From a virus (taxonomy: Duplodnaviria > Caudoviricetes): DNA of 38,780 nucleotides. Of this stretch, positions 8,071 to 18,058 are shown one piece after another; positions within the stretch are counted from its first letter, which is position 1, and each line of letters begins with the position of its first letter. A program made the translations under genes and the position numbers. Under the pieces are notes generated by a model. That model was not told where the DNA came from. It searched no databases and was given only the letters and a program-made list of their open reading frames with translations. The stretch covers positions 1-38,780 of the IMG/VR virus record IMGVR_UViG_3300027193_000001; one strand, given 5' to 3'.

Positions 8071-8874
8071 TTAATCGAATCTTAGCCACATTAGCCGAGT
8101 ATGTATGTAAATGTATTTGCGGTAAGACCCAGGTTCTATTGTATCCGAAGTCTCTCCATCTAAGGTAATAATATCTGAATTAACTGATACCATGATATCT
8201 GATTCACTTCTATCCGAGTTGAGAATTTCTATCTCCCTGCCATCGTCAAGAATACCTACCTCAGGTAGGGTAATCTCTATGGCTTCGGTTACCTCTACAT
8301 AAGCTTTTTTAGTCTCTTTCGCGATAACTCCTGACTCATTAAAATTAACCCAGCTGTAAAATAAATCGTTGCTAGTGCTAGGCATAGCCACAAAAGTCCC
8401 ATTTTGGTCAAAAGCTAGATACTTACCAATACGTGCGGATAATTTAGGCAATTGTAAGCTAAGAGCTAGCGTGTCTGCGTCCGTAGGCGAAAGTATAACA
8501 CAACGATTCAACAAAGCCCTCAACTCTTGGCAAATCGTTACTAGATAGCTAAAATCATTATTTACAGCACTTGCCCTAAATTCCCCGGATTCAGTATAAC
8601 TCGATGTCCTCTTAATCTCAGATTCCCTAAAAATCACAATAGCGTCCCCTTCTTTGCAAGCTTCGACGAATGCAATCGTGCCACCGGTAGCACTACCGAC
8701 CGAGATATTAGGCACAGTATAATCCGAAAGATAAACTTGGGGTATATCATTTTTATAAACCTTGACGTACTCTGCTCTGAATACAAACCAATCGAATACA
8801 AAAGTGGTCTCCCCAGCGTTCGCGATGTAGGAGTTAAAAGGTCGAATGTCGTTTATCGGAACAAAGATAGCCAT
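8071..8874 (-). CDS. Primary tail fibre/anchor (T7 gp17-like N-terminal attachment domain) with a C-terminal gp10-like module
   Basis: TTFVFDW...VKVY...DYTV...GGTIAF...I.RES..RT..Y...G.FRA...N.D...L....QE motif; follows the internal virion genes. Confidence 0.85.
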   Translation of the reverse strand: MAIFVPINDIRPFNSYIANAGETTFVFDWFVFRAEYVKVYKNDIPQVYLSDYTVPNISVGSATGGTIAFVEACKEGDAIVIFRESEIKRTSSYTESGEFRASAVNNDFSYLVTICQELRALLNRCVILSPTDADTLALSLQLPKLSARIGKYLAFDQNGTFVAMPSTSNDLFYSWVNFNESGVIAKETKKAYVEVTEAIEITLPEVGILDDGREIEILNSDRSESDIMVSVNSDIITLDGETSDTIEPGSYRKYIYIHTRLMWLRFD

Positions 8875-8878
8875 ATAT

Positions 8879-11800
8879 TTAATCAAGAGTTTTTACGCCA
8901 AGGTTTTTCAGTAGCCGTGAGTCATTCGTAGCTACTGCAGGTTTTGTAAATCCATTTAGTTTATATGCAAGAATTTTGTTTTGCAGATCGGGATCTTCAC
9001 TAATCAAACGTTCCTTAGCCGCGTCCAAAAATGTCTTGTACGTGATCTCCACTAATCGTTTCCTTGAATAAGAATCTTCCCCGTTAGAACCTAAAGCGTT
9101 TCTTGTGCGTGGAGCTGAACTATATGGCACGGGTACACCTTTCCTATCTATCACAACTTCGTCTCTGACAACCTTTCCAATAGCACCGTAAACGTCCATC
9201 TCCTCCATATATGACATCATCTTTTCGTATTGGTCAGGTGTAAGCCTTACATTCTGAACTTCTCGGGTAGGCTGTTTAATATAAGCCCCCGCTTTTATCA
9301 TTTCAGCCACAGTTTGGTCTTCTTTATATTTCGAGTACGATATCGGGTATAAGTAGTTATTGACCTTAGGATCCCGCATAATAGCCCTGCCGAAAATATC
9401 TCTACGCGGTCTTACGTCCATGCCAACTTTTGCTTTGATAGACTCCCAAGCAGTTTGTGCGTCTTGCATTTCAGGGTTAATATTTTGCCCGACTTGAGAA
9501 ATAACATTTGGCACAGCTAAAATTGAGGCATAATTATTTACTACGTATTGTATTTCTTTTTCATCTCCGTCGGCTATAGCAGCCATTAATTTAGATATTC
9601 CGGCTGCGTATGATCGGTCCATTAAATTAGAAGCTGTCATAAAAGCTGAGTGATACATAAGCTCCATAATCGATTCTTTTTCAGTCTCATCTATGTCGTC
9701 CTCCACATGATCCATAAGCTGCATAATATTAGCCCCTATTAGAAGCGGACTAGAAGTAGGACTCAGCCAGCTAATATCGTGGTAAGTATCCCCTATTCGA
9801 ACTGAATTAGGTTTAATCCCAGCCGCCTTATGTAGAGCTTTTCTTCCAGGTTCTTCGGGAGCGTCCCCTGTGATAAGCTCTAAAGACGCAAGATACCAGC
9901 CTGCACCAACCATAGCAATTCCACTCGCTAATCTAGCTTTTGCCATCTCAGCTCTAGCACCGCCTGCAGCAACGTCAGCTTGCCAAGCTTTAGTAAATGG
10001 AGCTAATAACCCCCTATCTAGGAATACGAATTTAGTCATATTAGACAGGGTTTTTATAAAGGGCAGTATTAAAGTTCCCGCGGGAATGTATGGTACTTTA
10101 TCTAACGCGTCCCTGAAATTTTTAGCCATCGTTCCTACTGACCCCATTTCCCCCGTAAATGTGAACTCGTCTGAGAATTTAAGGCTATCTTCTTGAATCT
10201 GCTTTACTACGTTATTGTCTGAGAATGACGCGTCGTACTTAGATTTAGCTTCCCCCTTTGATAAAAACCCAGCGTCTAGTCGCTTTATTAATTCAGGGTC
10301 TGCGTTGGGTTTCAAGGTCGCCTGCACAAACAAATCATTCCATTGGGATTTTAAAGCGTCTCCTGATAATCCTTGGCTTGCAGCTAGCCTAAAAGCTTGG
10401 GCGTTAGCCTCAGCTTTAAAAGACATACCTTTCAGGATATTATCCCCAGTAGCCATTAGATCTCCAGGTATTTTCGTATACGCCCCATGTAAGTTAGCCG
10501 TGTGATAGAATACCGAACCTAATACCCCTTCTTTCTCAAGCCCTAACAATTCTGCGTTATACCCAAAGCCTTTCATTTCCTCATGTACGATACCTTTGTC
10601 AAAGCGGAAATCAGCTGCGTCCTCAGATATCTTTTTAATCCTGGATAAAACTGGACCCGCAGACTTTTCTGCAATTGCGGATTTTGCAGACCCCTCAATA
10701 GCATTTCCTAAATATCTGAAACCATCGATAACAGAAACCATTTGGGAATGGAACAATATTTGGCTCTCTTTGTATTTAGTAGAGTCTTCTAAATTAGAGA
10801 AGAAACCATTGGATATCTTGTCCCCAGCCTCTGCCTCTAGCTTCGTACCTACAGCCCTCCTAACTGACCCTATACCAGCTGCGAGTAATCTTTCTGCAGG
10901 TGCAACTATCATTCCGTTTAGTGTGGTTCCAGCCATAGACACAAAATGAGTAGAATACCCCGAAAGCATATTCGCTAGGTAAGTTGATTTTATGACATGC
11001 TTAACTTTTTCTTGAGGTGTCATCGTCAAAGACCGGATATAATTGTCCGCATTCCCATTAGACTCTAAGATTCGCATGTGTGCTTCCACAATTTTCCTAC
11101 GGTCTAATGTATCAGATTTAGCGAAAACATCGTAAAGTTTATTGATTTGTTTTACCCCAGGGCTATTACTTCGGTATACCATGGAATTAGCACCTCCTTG
11201 ACCACCGGCAGATTTAGCGTTAATTTCTTTAGCAACATGATCTATTTGCTGTAATCTAACTGCTTCTCCCCAGTATTCCTCGATTGCGTCACTATCGCCC
11301 CCTTGGATCCGAACCCGATACGCAGGTACGCTATTCCTAACTGAAGAAATAGCTTCCTCTTGGATCATAGTCGCTTTAATTCCAAAGGGCTTTAGTTGCT
11401 CAGCTTCAATATCTTTGAAAGCCGCACCACTTAATAAGTCCTCAGTTGTCCAATTAATTTTCTCAGTACCTTGTTGCATTTGGCTCATTGTAACCGGGGT
11501 CTTTACCCTAGTTGGTATGTCTTGAAGCCCCTGTAGTATATCTTCGTACCCTTTTTTAATGGTTGTGTTTCGAACTTTTCTTTCTTGTTTTAGCGTCCCA
11601 ATATCTGTTTTTACGACATTAGTATTCCTCAGGAATTTTACTGCCTTGAACATACTGTCAGTAAGCACCCCTAACCCTAGACCTTCTAACGCATTTTTGA
11701 ACCTCCCTTCAGCTACCCCATCTTCAGGATCTGCTTTAAGATACCTAGTTACTGGATTACTCAAAGACGGATTGCTCTCTATCAGATTTGATAATCTTTG

Positions 11801-12460
11801 TTCATGCTCCCCAAACGCTATGAAGTCGGTAGCCACCCCAGTAGCTGCAGTTTCTGCAGTTTTGCCTGCAATAGATGTAGCTTTTCCCACTGCCCCGACA
11901 CTTTTTAATGCGGCTCCGGTAGCTCCAAAACCCATAACAAATTGACCTACCGATCGCACTATATCCCCACCCATAGATTTAGGTTGATCTACTTTTGGTA
12001 GTTGTACACCCTTATTTTGCTTGGTAGCTGAATCAATGGTTGCTTGGTCTATACCTTGAGATTGTAATACTTTCCCAGCGACAAATTCTCCTAGACCATT
12101 TCCTAAACCAATGACTGACTGGGCAAGTTCTCTAGCTGCACCTACGGTAGCTTGGAATGGTAAGTCAAATGTTTTTGCTAATGGAGACGCATGCTCTCGC
12201 TCAGATATATTCTCAGATTTCTCGATAGAGTCAATGAGTACATCGTCGGTAAAATCCGGGTCTTCAGCTTGCATTTTTCCAGCACGATAATCTTCTATCA
12301 TCTTCGGTACATGTCCTAAACCCATAGAGTTAAGCATTTTTGGATTAAGCTTATCATACTTTTGTATGTAAGCGTTCAATGCTGGAGAAGGTTTCTGAGA
12401 TAGCCTATACTCTGCTTCTTCCTGAACAAAATCATCGGGTAATTCTTCATTTGTTTGCAT
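8879..12460 (-). CDS. Large internal virion/ejection protein (T7 gp16 position)
   Basis: 1193 aa, helical, Gly/Ala-rich segments, EGRFKNALEGLGLG and LPFIKT..N motifs; synteny. Confidence 0.8.
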   Translation of the reverse strand: MQTNEELPDDFVQEEAEYRLSQKPSPALNAYIQKYDKLNPKMLNSMGLGHVPKMIEDYRAGKMQAEDPDFTDDVLIDSIEKSENISEREHASPLAKTFDLPFQATVGAARELAQSVIGLGNGLGEFVAGKVLQSQGIDQATIDSATKQNKGVQLPKVDQPKSMGGDIVRSVGQFVMGFGATGAALKSVGAVGKATSIAGKTAETAATGVATDFIAFGEHEQRLSNLIESNPSLSNPVTRYLKADPEDGVAEGRFKNALEGLGLGVLTDSMFKAVKFLRNTNVVKTDIGTLKQERKVRNTTIKKGYEDILQGLQDIPTRVKTPVTMSQMQQGTEKINWTTEDLLSGAAFKDIEAEQLKPFGIKATMIQEEAISSVRNSVPAYRVRIQGGDSDAIEEYWGEAVRLQQIDHVAKEINAKSAGGQGGANSMVYRSNSPGVKQINKLYDVFAKSDTLDRRKIVEAHMRILESNGNADNYIRSLTMTPQEKVKHVIKSTYLANMLSGYSTHFVSMAGTTLNGMIVAPAERLLAAGIGSVRRAVGTKLEAEAGDKISNGFFSNLEDSTKYKESQILFHSQMVSVIDGFRYLGNAIEGSAKSAIAEKSAGPVLSRIKKISEDAADFRFDKGIVHEEMKGFGYNAELLGLEKEGVLGSVFYHTANLHGAYTKIPGDLMATGDNILKGMSFKAEANAQAFRLAASQGLSGDALKSQWNDLFVQATLKPNADPELIKRLDAGFLSKGEAKSKYDASFSDNNVVKQIQEDSLKFSDEFTFTGEMGSVGTMAKNFRDALDKVPYIPAGTLILPFIKTLSNMTKFVFLDRGLLAPFTKAWQADVAAGGARAEMAKARLASGIAMVGAGWYLASLELITGDAPEEPGRKALHKAAGIKPNSVRIGDTYHDISWLSPTSSPLLIGANIMQLMDHVEDDIDETEKESIMELMYHSAFMTASNLMDRSYAAGISKLMAAIADGDEKEIQYVVNNYASILAVPNVISQVGQNINPEMQDAQTAWESIKAKVGMDVRPRRDIFGRAIMRDPKVNNYLYPISYSKYKEDQTVAEMIKAGAYIKQPTREVQNVRLTPDQYEKMMSYMEEMDVYGAIGKVVRDEVVIDRKGVPVPYSSAPRTRNALGSNGEDSYSRKRLVEITYKTFLDAAKERLISEDPDLQNKILAYKLNGFTKPAVATNDSRLLKNLGVKTLD

Positions 12461-13958
12461 ATTTTTCTAATAATTTATCTGACGCACTTCCTCCTTTTGA
12501 TGAAGACTGTTTCCTTTGGTCTATTTCTAGAGATTTTTGCTTGGCACTTATTACAAGATTAGCCATAGCTTTTTGGTATTGCTCAGGAGGGAGACCTGCA
12601 GCAGCTGCTTTATTCCGTTTTATATAATCTTTCAACTCTTTTTGTTTACTCGATTCGGTTTTATCTGCGATTTGACCAACTAACGCTGCATTTTTACCTG
12701 TAGCTGTAGCCACATTTATTTTTAATTCTGCAAAAATTTGTGAATCAAATTGCTTATCTATACCCTCGTAAGCCTTATCCCGAAGTTTAGCACCTGCAGT
12801 AATCGCATTTGCCTGCGTACGAGTTATCATACCTGAGGAAACTAATGCCGGTATTTTATCAGGTGTTATATCCCCGGTTGCACCTTTTCGGTAAAAATCA
12901 TCGGTACTCCTCGTAGAAGCTGTACCTAATTCATTACTCCCTCCATAAACCGATGCCCCGAAAGCTTTCATTTTTTGCTGATATGCTACACTATATGCCC
13001 CAGCTTTTTTTTTCTCTTCAATATATAATTCACGCTTTTTAACAGGGTCTTGAATTTTGTCATATTTGGAAACGAAGTTAGAGTAGTTAGATTGAACCTC
13101 CTGCTCAGCCATCATATTATCGAATTGCTCTTTTGTGGTGTATATGTTAGATACATTTTTGAGTACTTGCATAGCCCTTGGAAATTTCTCAGGGTCAGCT
13201 AACATTGTTTGGAATTTCTCAGAACTCACAACCTTTCCAATTTCCCCTGGGATTCGATACGTTGGAACCCCATTACTCGTTTTACGGAAAAGTTGGTTGA
13301 CTACTGAAGCCTGCTCTAAGTCTAGGTCTAGCTCTTTATCTAAAACTTGATGTTGAGCTTCCCCTAAATCATATAACGTATTCCTACGGTCGAGCTTTAC
13401 CTGGTCTTTAAAAGCCAACATTTGTTCAGGTGTCCATTCAGAATCTACTTGGGCTAAATATGAATTCTGCTTATTAGACCACGATTCATGTTTGAATTTA
13501 CGAGTTGCAGCTACTGCGTCATTAGCTTGTCGTTGTGTTATATCTAGGCTTTTTTCTACTATGTGGCTATTTAATAGCTGTTTGAGAACTCCCGCCTCAT
13601 TAGCCCCCATACCTTTAGAAGCTTCGTTCAATATTGGTTCTGCCGCCTTTCTGAATGAGGGTCCATCTTTTGCCGCCGCTGGATCAGACATTAACATTTC
13701 AATACCTTCAACTCCTTGCAAATATGCTTCGTTAGATTTCATAGACTTATAATCGGGTTCTATGAAATTAAGCTGATGTGCAGCTTTTTCAGCTATACTA
13801 AACATCTTATCCGAAACACCTCCATACATTTGAGCTGCGGTTTGTAAATCCTGAGGAGATACAATTCGAATTTGATCAGAGTTCGCAGCACCTACGGGGG
13901 TAGTTTGTTGAGTTACCCACCGCGGAAGTTCATTTTTGCCTACGTATCCTCTATTCAT
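12447..13958 (-). CDS. Internal virion/ejection protein (gp15 position)
   Basis: 503 aa, helical, Gln/Lys-rich; synteny. Confidence 0.72.
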   Translation of the reverse strand: MNRGYVGKNELPRWVTQQTTPVGAANSDQIRIVSPQDLQTAAQMYGGVSDKMFSIAEKAAHQLNFIEPDYKSMKSNEAYLQGVEGIEMLMSDPAAAKDGPSFRKAAEPILNEASKGMGANEAGVLKQLLNSHIVEKSLDITQRQANDAVAATRKFKHESWSNKQNSYLAQVDSEWTPEQMLAFKDQVKLDRRNTLYDLGEAQHQVLDKELDLDLEQASVVNQLFRKTSNGVPTYRIPGEIGKVVSSEKFQTMLADPEKFPRAMQVLKNVSNIYTTKEQFDNMMAEQEVQSNYSNFVSKYDKIQDPVKKRELYIEEKKKAGAYSVAYQQKMKAFGASVYGGSNELGTASTRSTDDFYRKGATGDITPDKIPALVSSGMITRTQANAITAGAKLRDKAYEGIDKQFDSQIFAELKINVATATGKNAALVGQIADKTESSKQKELKDYIKRNKAAAAGLPPEQYQKAMANLVISAKQKSLEIDQRKQSSSKGGSASDKLLEKYANK

Positions 13959-13963
13959 GTTTT

Positions 13964-14485
13964 CTATTTTTTAGATTTATATTGTGAATAACCTGCACCT
14001 GCCGAATACCCGGCAGATAATAGACCACCCGCAGCGTTAAGCATACCCATTTGCTGTGCAAAATTACCCGACGCTCGTGTTGACGCAATTTGGCGTTTCA
14101 TTGAATCTAATTGTAACGCTGCATTAGAGTCTTTGGCTGATGTGTAGATACTGGTCAAGTTTTGTTCCCTTGAATACGCCGATAGATCTCGAGCTTGCAT
14201 AGCTGAGAAAGACCCTCCCATTAGACCTGAAGACGCGGCTGCCACTCGTTGTTCCCTAAACAAACTGTCGAGTTGTCTTGCCCTATCCAGCCTTTGGCTA
14301 GCTTCATCTACTTGTTCTCCGGCTCTTTGGGTTTTATATGCTTGTGCTTGTATCTCCATTTCAGAAGCCTGCTGTTCTGCAGCCGCCTGTTGGAATTGCC
14401 CTTGCTTTACCGCAGAATACGCACCTACGCCTGCCCCCGCGGCTGCGACCCCGAGACTTATTAATGCTATCGTTTCTAAGCCCAT
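13964..14485 (-). CDS. Internal virion protein (gp14 position)
   Basis: Hydrophobic Gly/Ala N-terminus, Gln/Ala coiled coil, AAASSGL.GGS motif. Confidence 0.8.
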   Translation of the reverse strand: MGLETIALISLGVAAAGAGVGAYSAVKQGQFQQAAAEQQASEMEIQAQAYKTQRAGEQVDEASQRLDRARQLDSLFREQRVAAASSGLMGGSFSAMQARDLSAYSREQNLTSIYTSAKDSNAALQLDSMKRQIASTRASGNFAQQMGMLNAAGGLLSAGYSAGAGYSQYKSKK

Positions 14486-14886
14486 AAATTCTTGTAAAAT
14501 ATATCTGTTTTTGTAAATTTTTCTCTCTTAAAATCTTTTCCTTTTAGGAGATTATCAAACTTATTCTCATGCGATAAGCTCATGATAACTTCAAACCCTA
14601 ATTCCTTAGCCCTGGTAAATAACGTTTCGTATAAGAAATCTAAAGCTCCGGTACGGATTTCCTTAGGAGCTTCTTTATTCAAGACTACCCACTCAACCCA
14701 CGCTATCTTGCTATCTGATTGGTATAGCCAACCTGAACACGCGTCTATCCCATCTTTGCTGACGATAGCTCCGTTCTCAGAAAGCATTCTACGATGTAAA
14801 GCATTCATACCCCACCCGTTCATCATGCCACATACTACTGCATAATCTTCTTCGTTAAGGCACCAACGGTAGCTAAAATCACTCAT
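14476..14886 (-). CDS. GNAT-fold acetyltransferase-like protein (gp13 position)
   Basis: AWVEW......R.GAL..L......AKELGF pattern; synteny after the nozzle. Confidence 0.7.
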   Translation of the reverse strand: MSDFSYRWCLNEEDYAVVCGMMNGWGMNALHRRMLSENGAIVSKDGIDACSGWLYQSDSKIAWVEWVVLNKEAPKEIRTGALDFLYETLFTRAKELGFEVIMSLSHENKFDNLLKGKDFKREKFTKTDIFYKNLWA

Positions 14887-17177
14887 ACTGTAACAGCAAT
14901 AACGATTGATATTAAATCAAAATCAACTGGCTCATTCTGAACTATGTCTATTGACGCGTCCCGTGTGATACCACCTGATAAGTATACTTTCTTCCAACCA
15001 TTATACTGGTCAATTGGTTTGTCAAGTAAATTTGAGCCTAAGCTACGAAAAACTGGTCTGACGATATTCCGCCCACAGTGAACTTCAAAACTTCTAGACT
15101 TGTATGTTCGTATCATAGCGTATACTATTCTACGCCAGTCTCCTGTTAAAGTCTTGACTCCGAGATTAACGTCCACGGGTAACAATCTGATGAGAACATC
15201 AAAACCTAGACCAACCTCGATAGTTTTGTAATCGAGTTCAATTTCGATAGCACCTTCACTAGATATAGTGTTGTCTGCCAATACAAATGTATCTGCTCGC
15301 ACCTTAACATCTTGGTTAGCCAGTGGTAAAAAACCTTCGTGCGATATAGTAGCCTCTTCACTCTCTGATATCATACCTGCGTCTAGGTAATAATTTCGGT
15401 CTAACTTTTCTATGAATCTTTTTTCAACTCCATTTATAACGCGTTTTACCACCAAATAAACATCTCTAAGGACTACGACTAAGTCTTCTATTAAACCTTG
15501 AGTTGTAAATAGCGACCAGGCAAGGAGTTGCTCCCCGCGGAGGATACTAAGAACAGCGACTGTGCCATCTGCGTTCACAACATATACATAATCCGCCGGG
15601 TTTTCGCTTCGCGATTGGCGAATCGCCATCGAAACTGGAGATTGTATTAGCTGAGACGACAAAAGCGAAATACTCTTAGCATTGTAACTTCGCTCGAGTT
15701 CGTTGAATATAAACTCTCTCACAACCCGACCGCTTGATTCTATGAATATAGTACCCCCATCTACCGATATCGGTTTTACTTTACTTGACCCGTGGGAAGT
15801 ACTTTTCTGAAGTACAATATTCTCAGGTTTAATCGGATCCGTCTCTGTTTGTGGTATGTAAAACTCTCCCCCGGTTGTAAATACCTGGAAATTTCTACCT
15901 GGGAATATATTCACGATAGCGTTAATCTTGTCATCATCGATGGTAACATCGATTGCGTCATCTGCGTTACCCCCTCCTATATCAAAATTAAAGAATAGTC
16001 CACTTTTTGAACCCCATAATGTCGATGGTCTACTGGTACTACCACCAAACCAAAGCCTACCTTGATAAAAAGAACATGTTTTAGGATACCCCCTAGATTC
16101 ACTCCACACATCTTCATATCCAGTCTCAAGTTGCCATTCAGTATAATCATATTGGAGAGCGTTAGTGTCTTGGGGTATAGGAAACTCTTGCTCTATTATG
16201 CCCCTAAGTTGACTAGTAGTTAATGGGTCTCCTATAATTTCAGTAGTTTTAAATCTCCCCCCCGGGGACTCCCTCCCAAAAATATATTCTAAGAAACCAA
16301 AGGCTATGCTATTAGGAGGATCACTCATAGAACAAGTCGCAGTAACTACCCCTGACGAAATACCACTCAATGTGACCGAAGCTTGTACGCTTGAATATCT
16401 AATATCGTATTCACTCCCCGATAAACCTATCCCGCCATCCCAGTTTCCTTTACCTAACACAATACGGTTTACTACTGTAGGTGTAGATATATCTCCAGGA
16501 AATTCAACTCCTATATCTCCGATTACATTGTATGCGTCTACATACTGTGTAATATTGAATATCCCCCCAGTTTTTCCTATTATCTTCTGCTTAACATGCT
16601 CAGGTAAAAATACCGGACTTGTGGATACTATGCTGACACCAACGCCAGTTAAAGACGAAAATATAATACTTGCGTCCGGTTCGGTTACCGTTACGCCGTT
16701 GAATAAATACGTAGGAACATACTCGAAGCTTATATAGTCTACTACCCAATTTGTGTGTGATGTTCTTGTGATTTTGATAGGTTTTACACTCTCATGAACC
16801 AAGATTAATGTATCCGCAGATTGAGCGTATTTTAACTCCGATAAGATACTTTCGGAAATATTATCGATGACCAATGAAGTTACTTCTGCTACGAGTACAT
16901 CATCTTTGTATACACGCATGCGTTTGTCCGAAAACACTATAAGGTATGTTTGTTCAGTATTGAATGTGAACTCCACTAACCTAGCTTTCCCCCCTTGGTA
17001 TGTGCTGTCAATAAACCTCATCCCTTCTCTTTTGTATACACCGCCTAAAGGATCAACATACACATTTCGAAGCTTATCTGCACCATTAAAATAAAAATCT
17101 TTATCAGTCCTACCGAATACTTGCTGGGATAATTCCCCTGAAACAAACGAAGTTTTTACTGTTCTTATCTTTGACAT
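14883..17177 (-). CDS. Tail nozzle (tail tubular protein B, gp12-like)
   Basis: KTSF.SGELS, AQSAD.LILVH, WS..RGYP...FYQGRLWFGG motifs. Confidence 0.92.
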   Translation of the reverse strand: MSKIRTVKTSFVSGELSQQVFGRTDKDFYFNGADKLRNVYVDPLGGVYKREGMRFIDSTYQGGKARLVEFTFNTEQTYLIVFSDKRMRVYKDDVLVAEVTSLVIDNISESILSELKYAQSADTLILVHESVKPIKITRTSHTNWVVDYISFEYVPTYLFNGVTVTEPDASIIFSSLTGVGVSIVSTSPVFLPEHVKQKIIGKTGGIFNITQYVDAYNVIGDIGVEFPGDISTPTVVNRIVLGKGNWDGGIGLSGSEYDIRYSSVQASVTLSGISSGVVTATCSMSDPPNSIAFGFLEYIFGRESPGGRFKTTEIIGDPLTTSQLRGIIEQEFPIPQDTNALQYDYTEWQLETGYEDVWSESRGYPKTCSFYQGRLWFGGSTSRPSTLWGSKSGLFFNFDIGGGNADDAIDVTIDDDKINAIVNIFPGRNFQVFTTGGEFYIPQTETDPIKPENIVLQKSTSHGSSKVKPISVDGGTIFIESSGRVVREFIFNELERSYNAKSISLLSSQLIQSPVSMAIRQSRSENPADYVYVVNADGTVAVLSILRGEQLLAWSLFTTQGLIEDLVVVLRDVYLVVKRVINGVEKRFIEKLDRNYYLDAGMISESEEATISHEGFLPLANQDVKVRADTFVLADNTISSEGAIEIELDYKTIEVGLGFDVLIRLLPVDVNLGVKTLTGDWRRIVYAMIRTYKSRSFEVHCGRNIVRPVFRSLGSNLLDKPIDQYNGWKKVYLSGGITRDASIDIVQNEPVDFDLISIVIAVTV

Positions 17178-17180
17178 AAC

Positions 17181-17741
17181 TCAATACCTTACAGCTAATA
17201 ATGCAAAATTATGAAACGCCATTTTTGAATTCCCATTACTTTGACTGTCCATCAAACCCGCTTTTCTCCGGGTACTCGCGGCTTGATCCTCATAATACGC
17301 AGCCTTTTTCTCATCCTCTAATAACGATATAGCTAAAACTTTGCACAAACTTTGCACAACATACATGTTAAATATTGGTGGAAATTTTTCTTCTGAGACT
17401 CTAAATACATAATTCACTTTGAGTTCGGAAGCATTGCAATACAAATACTGCTCTTTAATTGAATGTGGTAACCCGGGGTTTTCTTTCCCTACGAGTCTCA
17501 AGTAGTCACTTGGTAACCTGAAAGCCGAAGAATACCCAAATAATGGTATATCAGAAAGCTTATTTAGTATCACTGAATTTTGTGCAAACGTCCAATCACG
17601 TTCTGCTAAGCAGCCTCTCACAACTAATTCGTATATGCGTTTGCATATTTTAGCTTCTCTAGTTTCATCGTCAAATGTTGTTATTTCGTCAGCTCCTAGC
17701 ATTAATAAAGCTGTTGAGCAGATATCAATATCATTCATCAT
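17181..17741 (-). CDS. Head-tail adaptor (tail tubular protein A, gp11-like)
   Basis: DIC..AL..LGA..I..F, W.FA and F.LPSD.LR motifs. Confidence 0.9.
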   Translation of the reverse strand: MMNDIDICSTALLMLGADEITTFDDETREAKICKRIYELVVRGCLAERDWTFAQNSVILNKLSDIPLFGYSSAFRLPSDYLRLVGKENPGLPHSIKEQYLYCNASELKVNYVFRVSEEKFPPIFNMYVVQSLCKVLAISLLEDEKKAAYYEDQAASTRRKAGLMDSQSNGNSKMAFHNFALLAVRY

Positions 17742-17751
17742 ATATGAACTA

Positions 17752-17789
17752 AAAAAGATTAGCCAGTAGCTTAGACATCTAAGCTACTG
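17752..17789 (-). terminator. Intrinsic terminator after the capsid/decoration genes
   Basis: Perfect IR CAGTAGCTTAGA-ca-TCTAAGCTACTG (17764-17789), followed shortly on the minus strand by a T tract; same position as T7 Tphi. Confidence 0.75.
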
Positions 17790-17798
17790 AGTCGAAGA

Positions 17799-18047
17799 TT
17801 ATATAATGTTCGTACCATCGACAATAGTAACGACTTTAGCAGCGTTAGCTGAAACTTTTGTGAAAGTAATAGCATTGCTGGCATGCACGCGAATAATATC
17901 CCCAATAGCTACCATATCGTATAGCGCATTAAAGTAGCCAGTACCTAGTACCGTTGAAATAGTATCCGTAGTGATATAAGCAAACTCATTCGGTGTTTTG
18001 CTTTGGTTGAAATTTACATTCGTAAAATTCGATCTGATAAAACTCAT
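17799..18047 (-). CDS. Small capsid decoration/cement protein
   Basis: Y.TTD...V...GYFN......GD.I motif directly after the MCP. Confidence 0.7.
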   Translation of the reverse strand: MSFIRSNFTNVNFNQSKTPNEFAYITTDTISTVLGTGYFNALYDMVAIGDIIRVHASNAITFTKVSANAAKVVTIVDGTNII

Positions 18048-18058
18048 ACAATTTGAAA

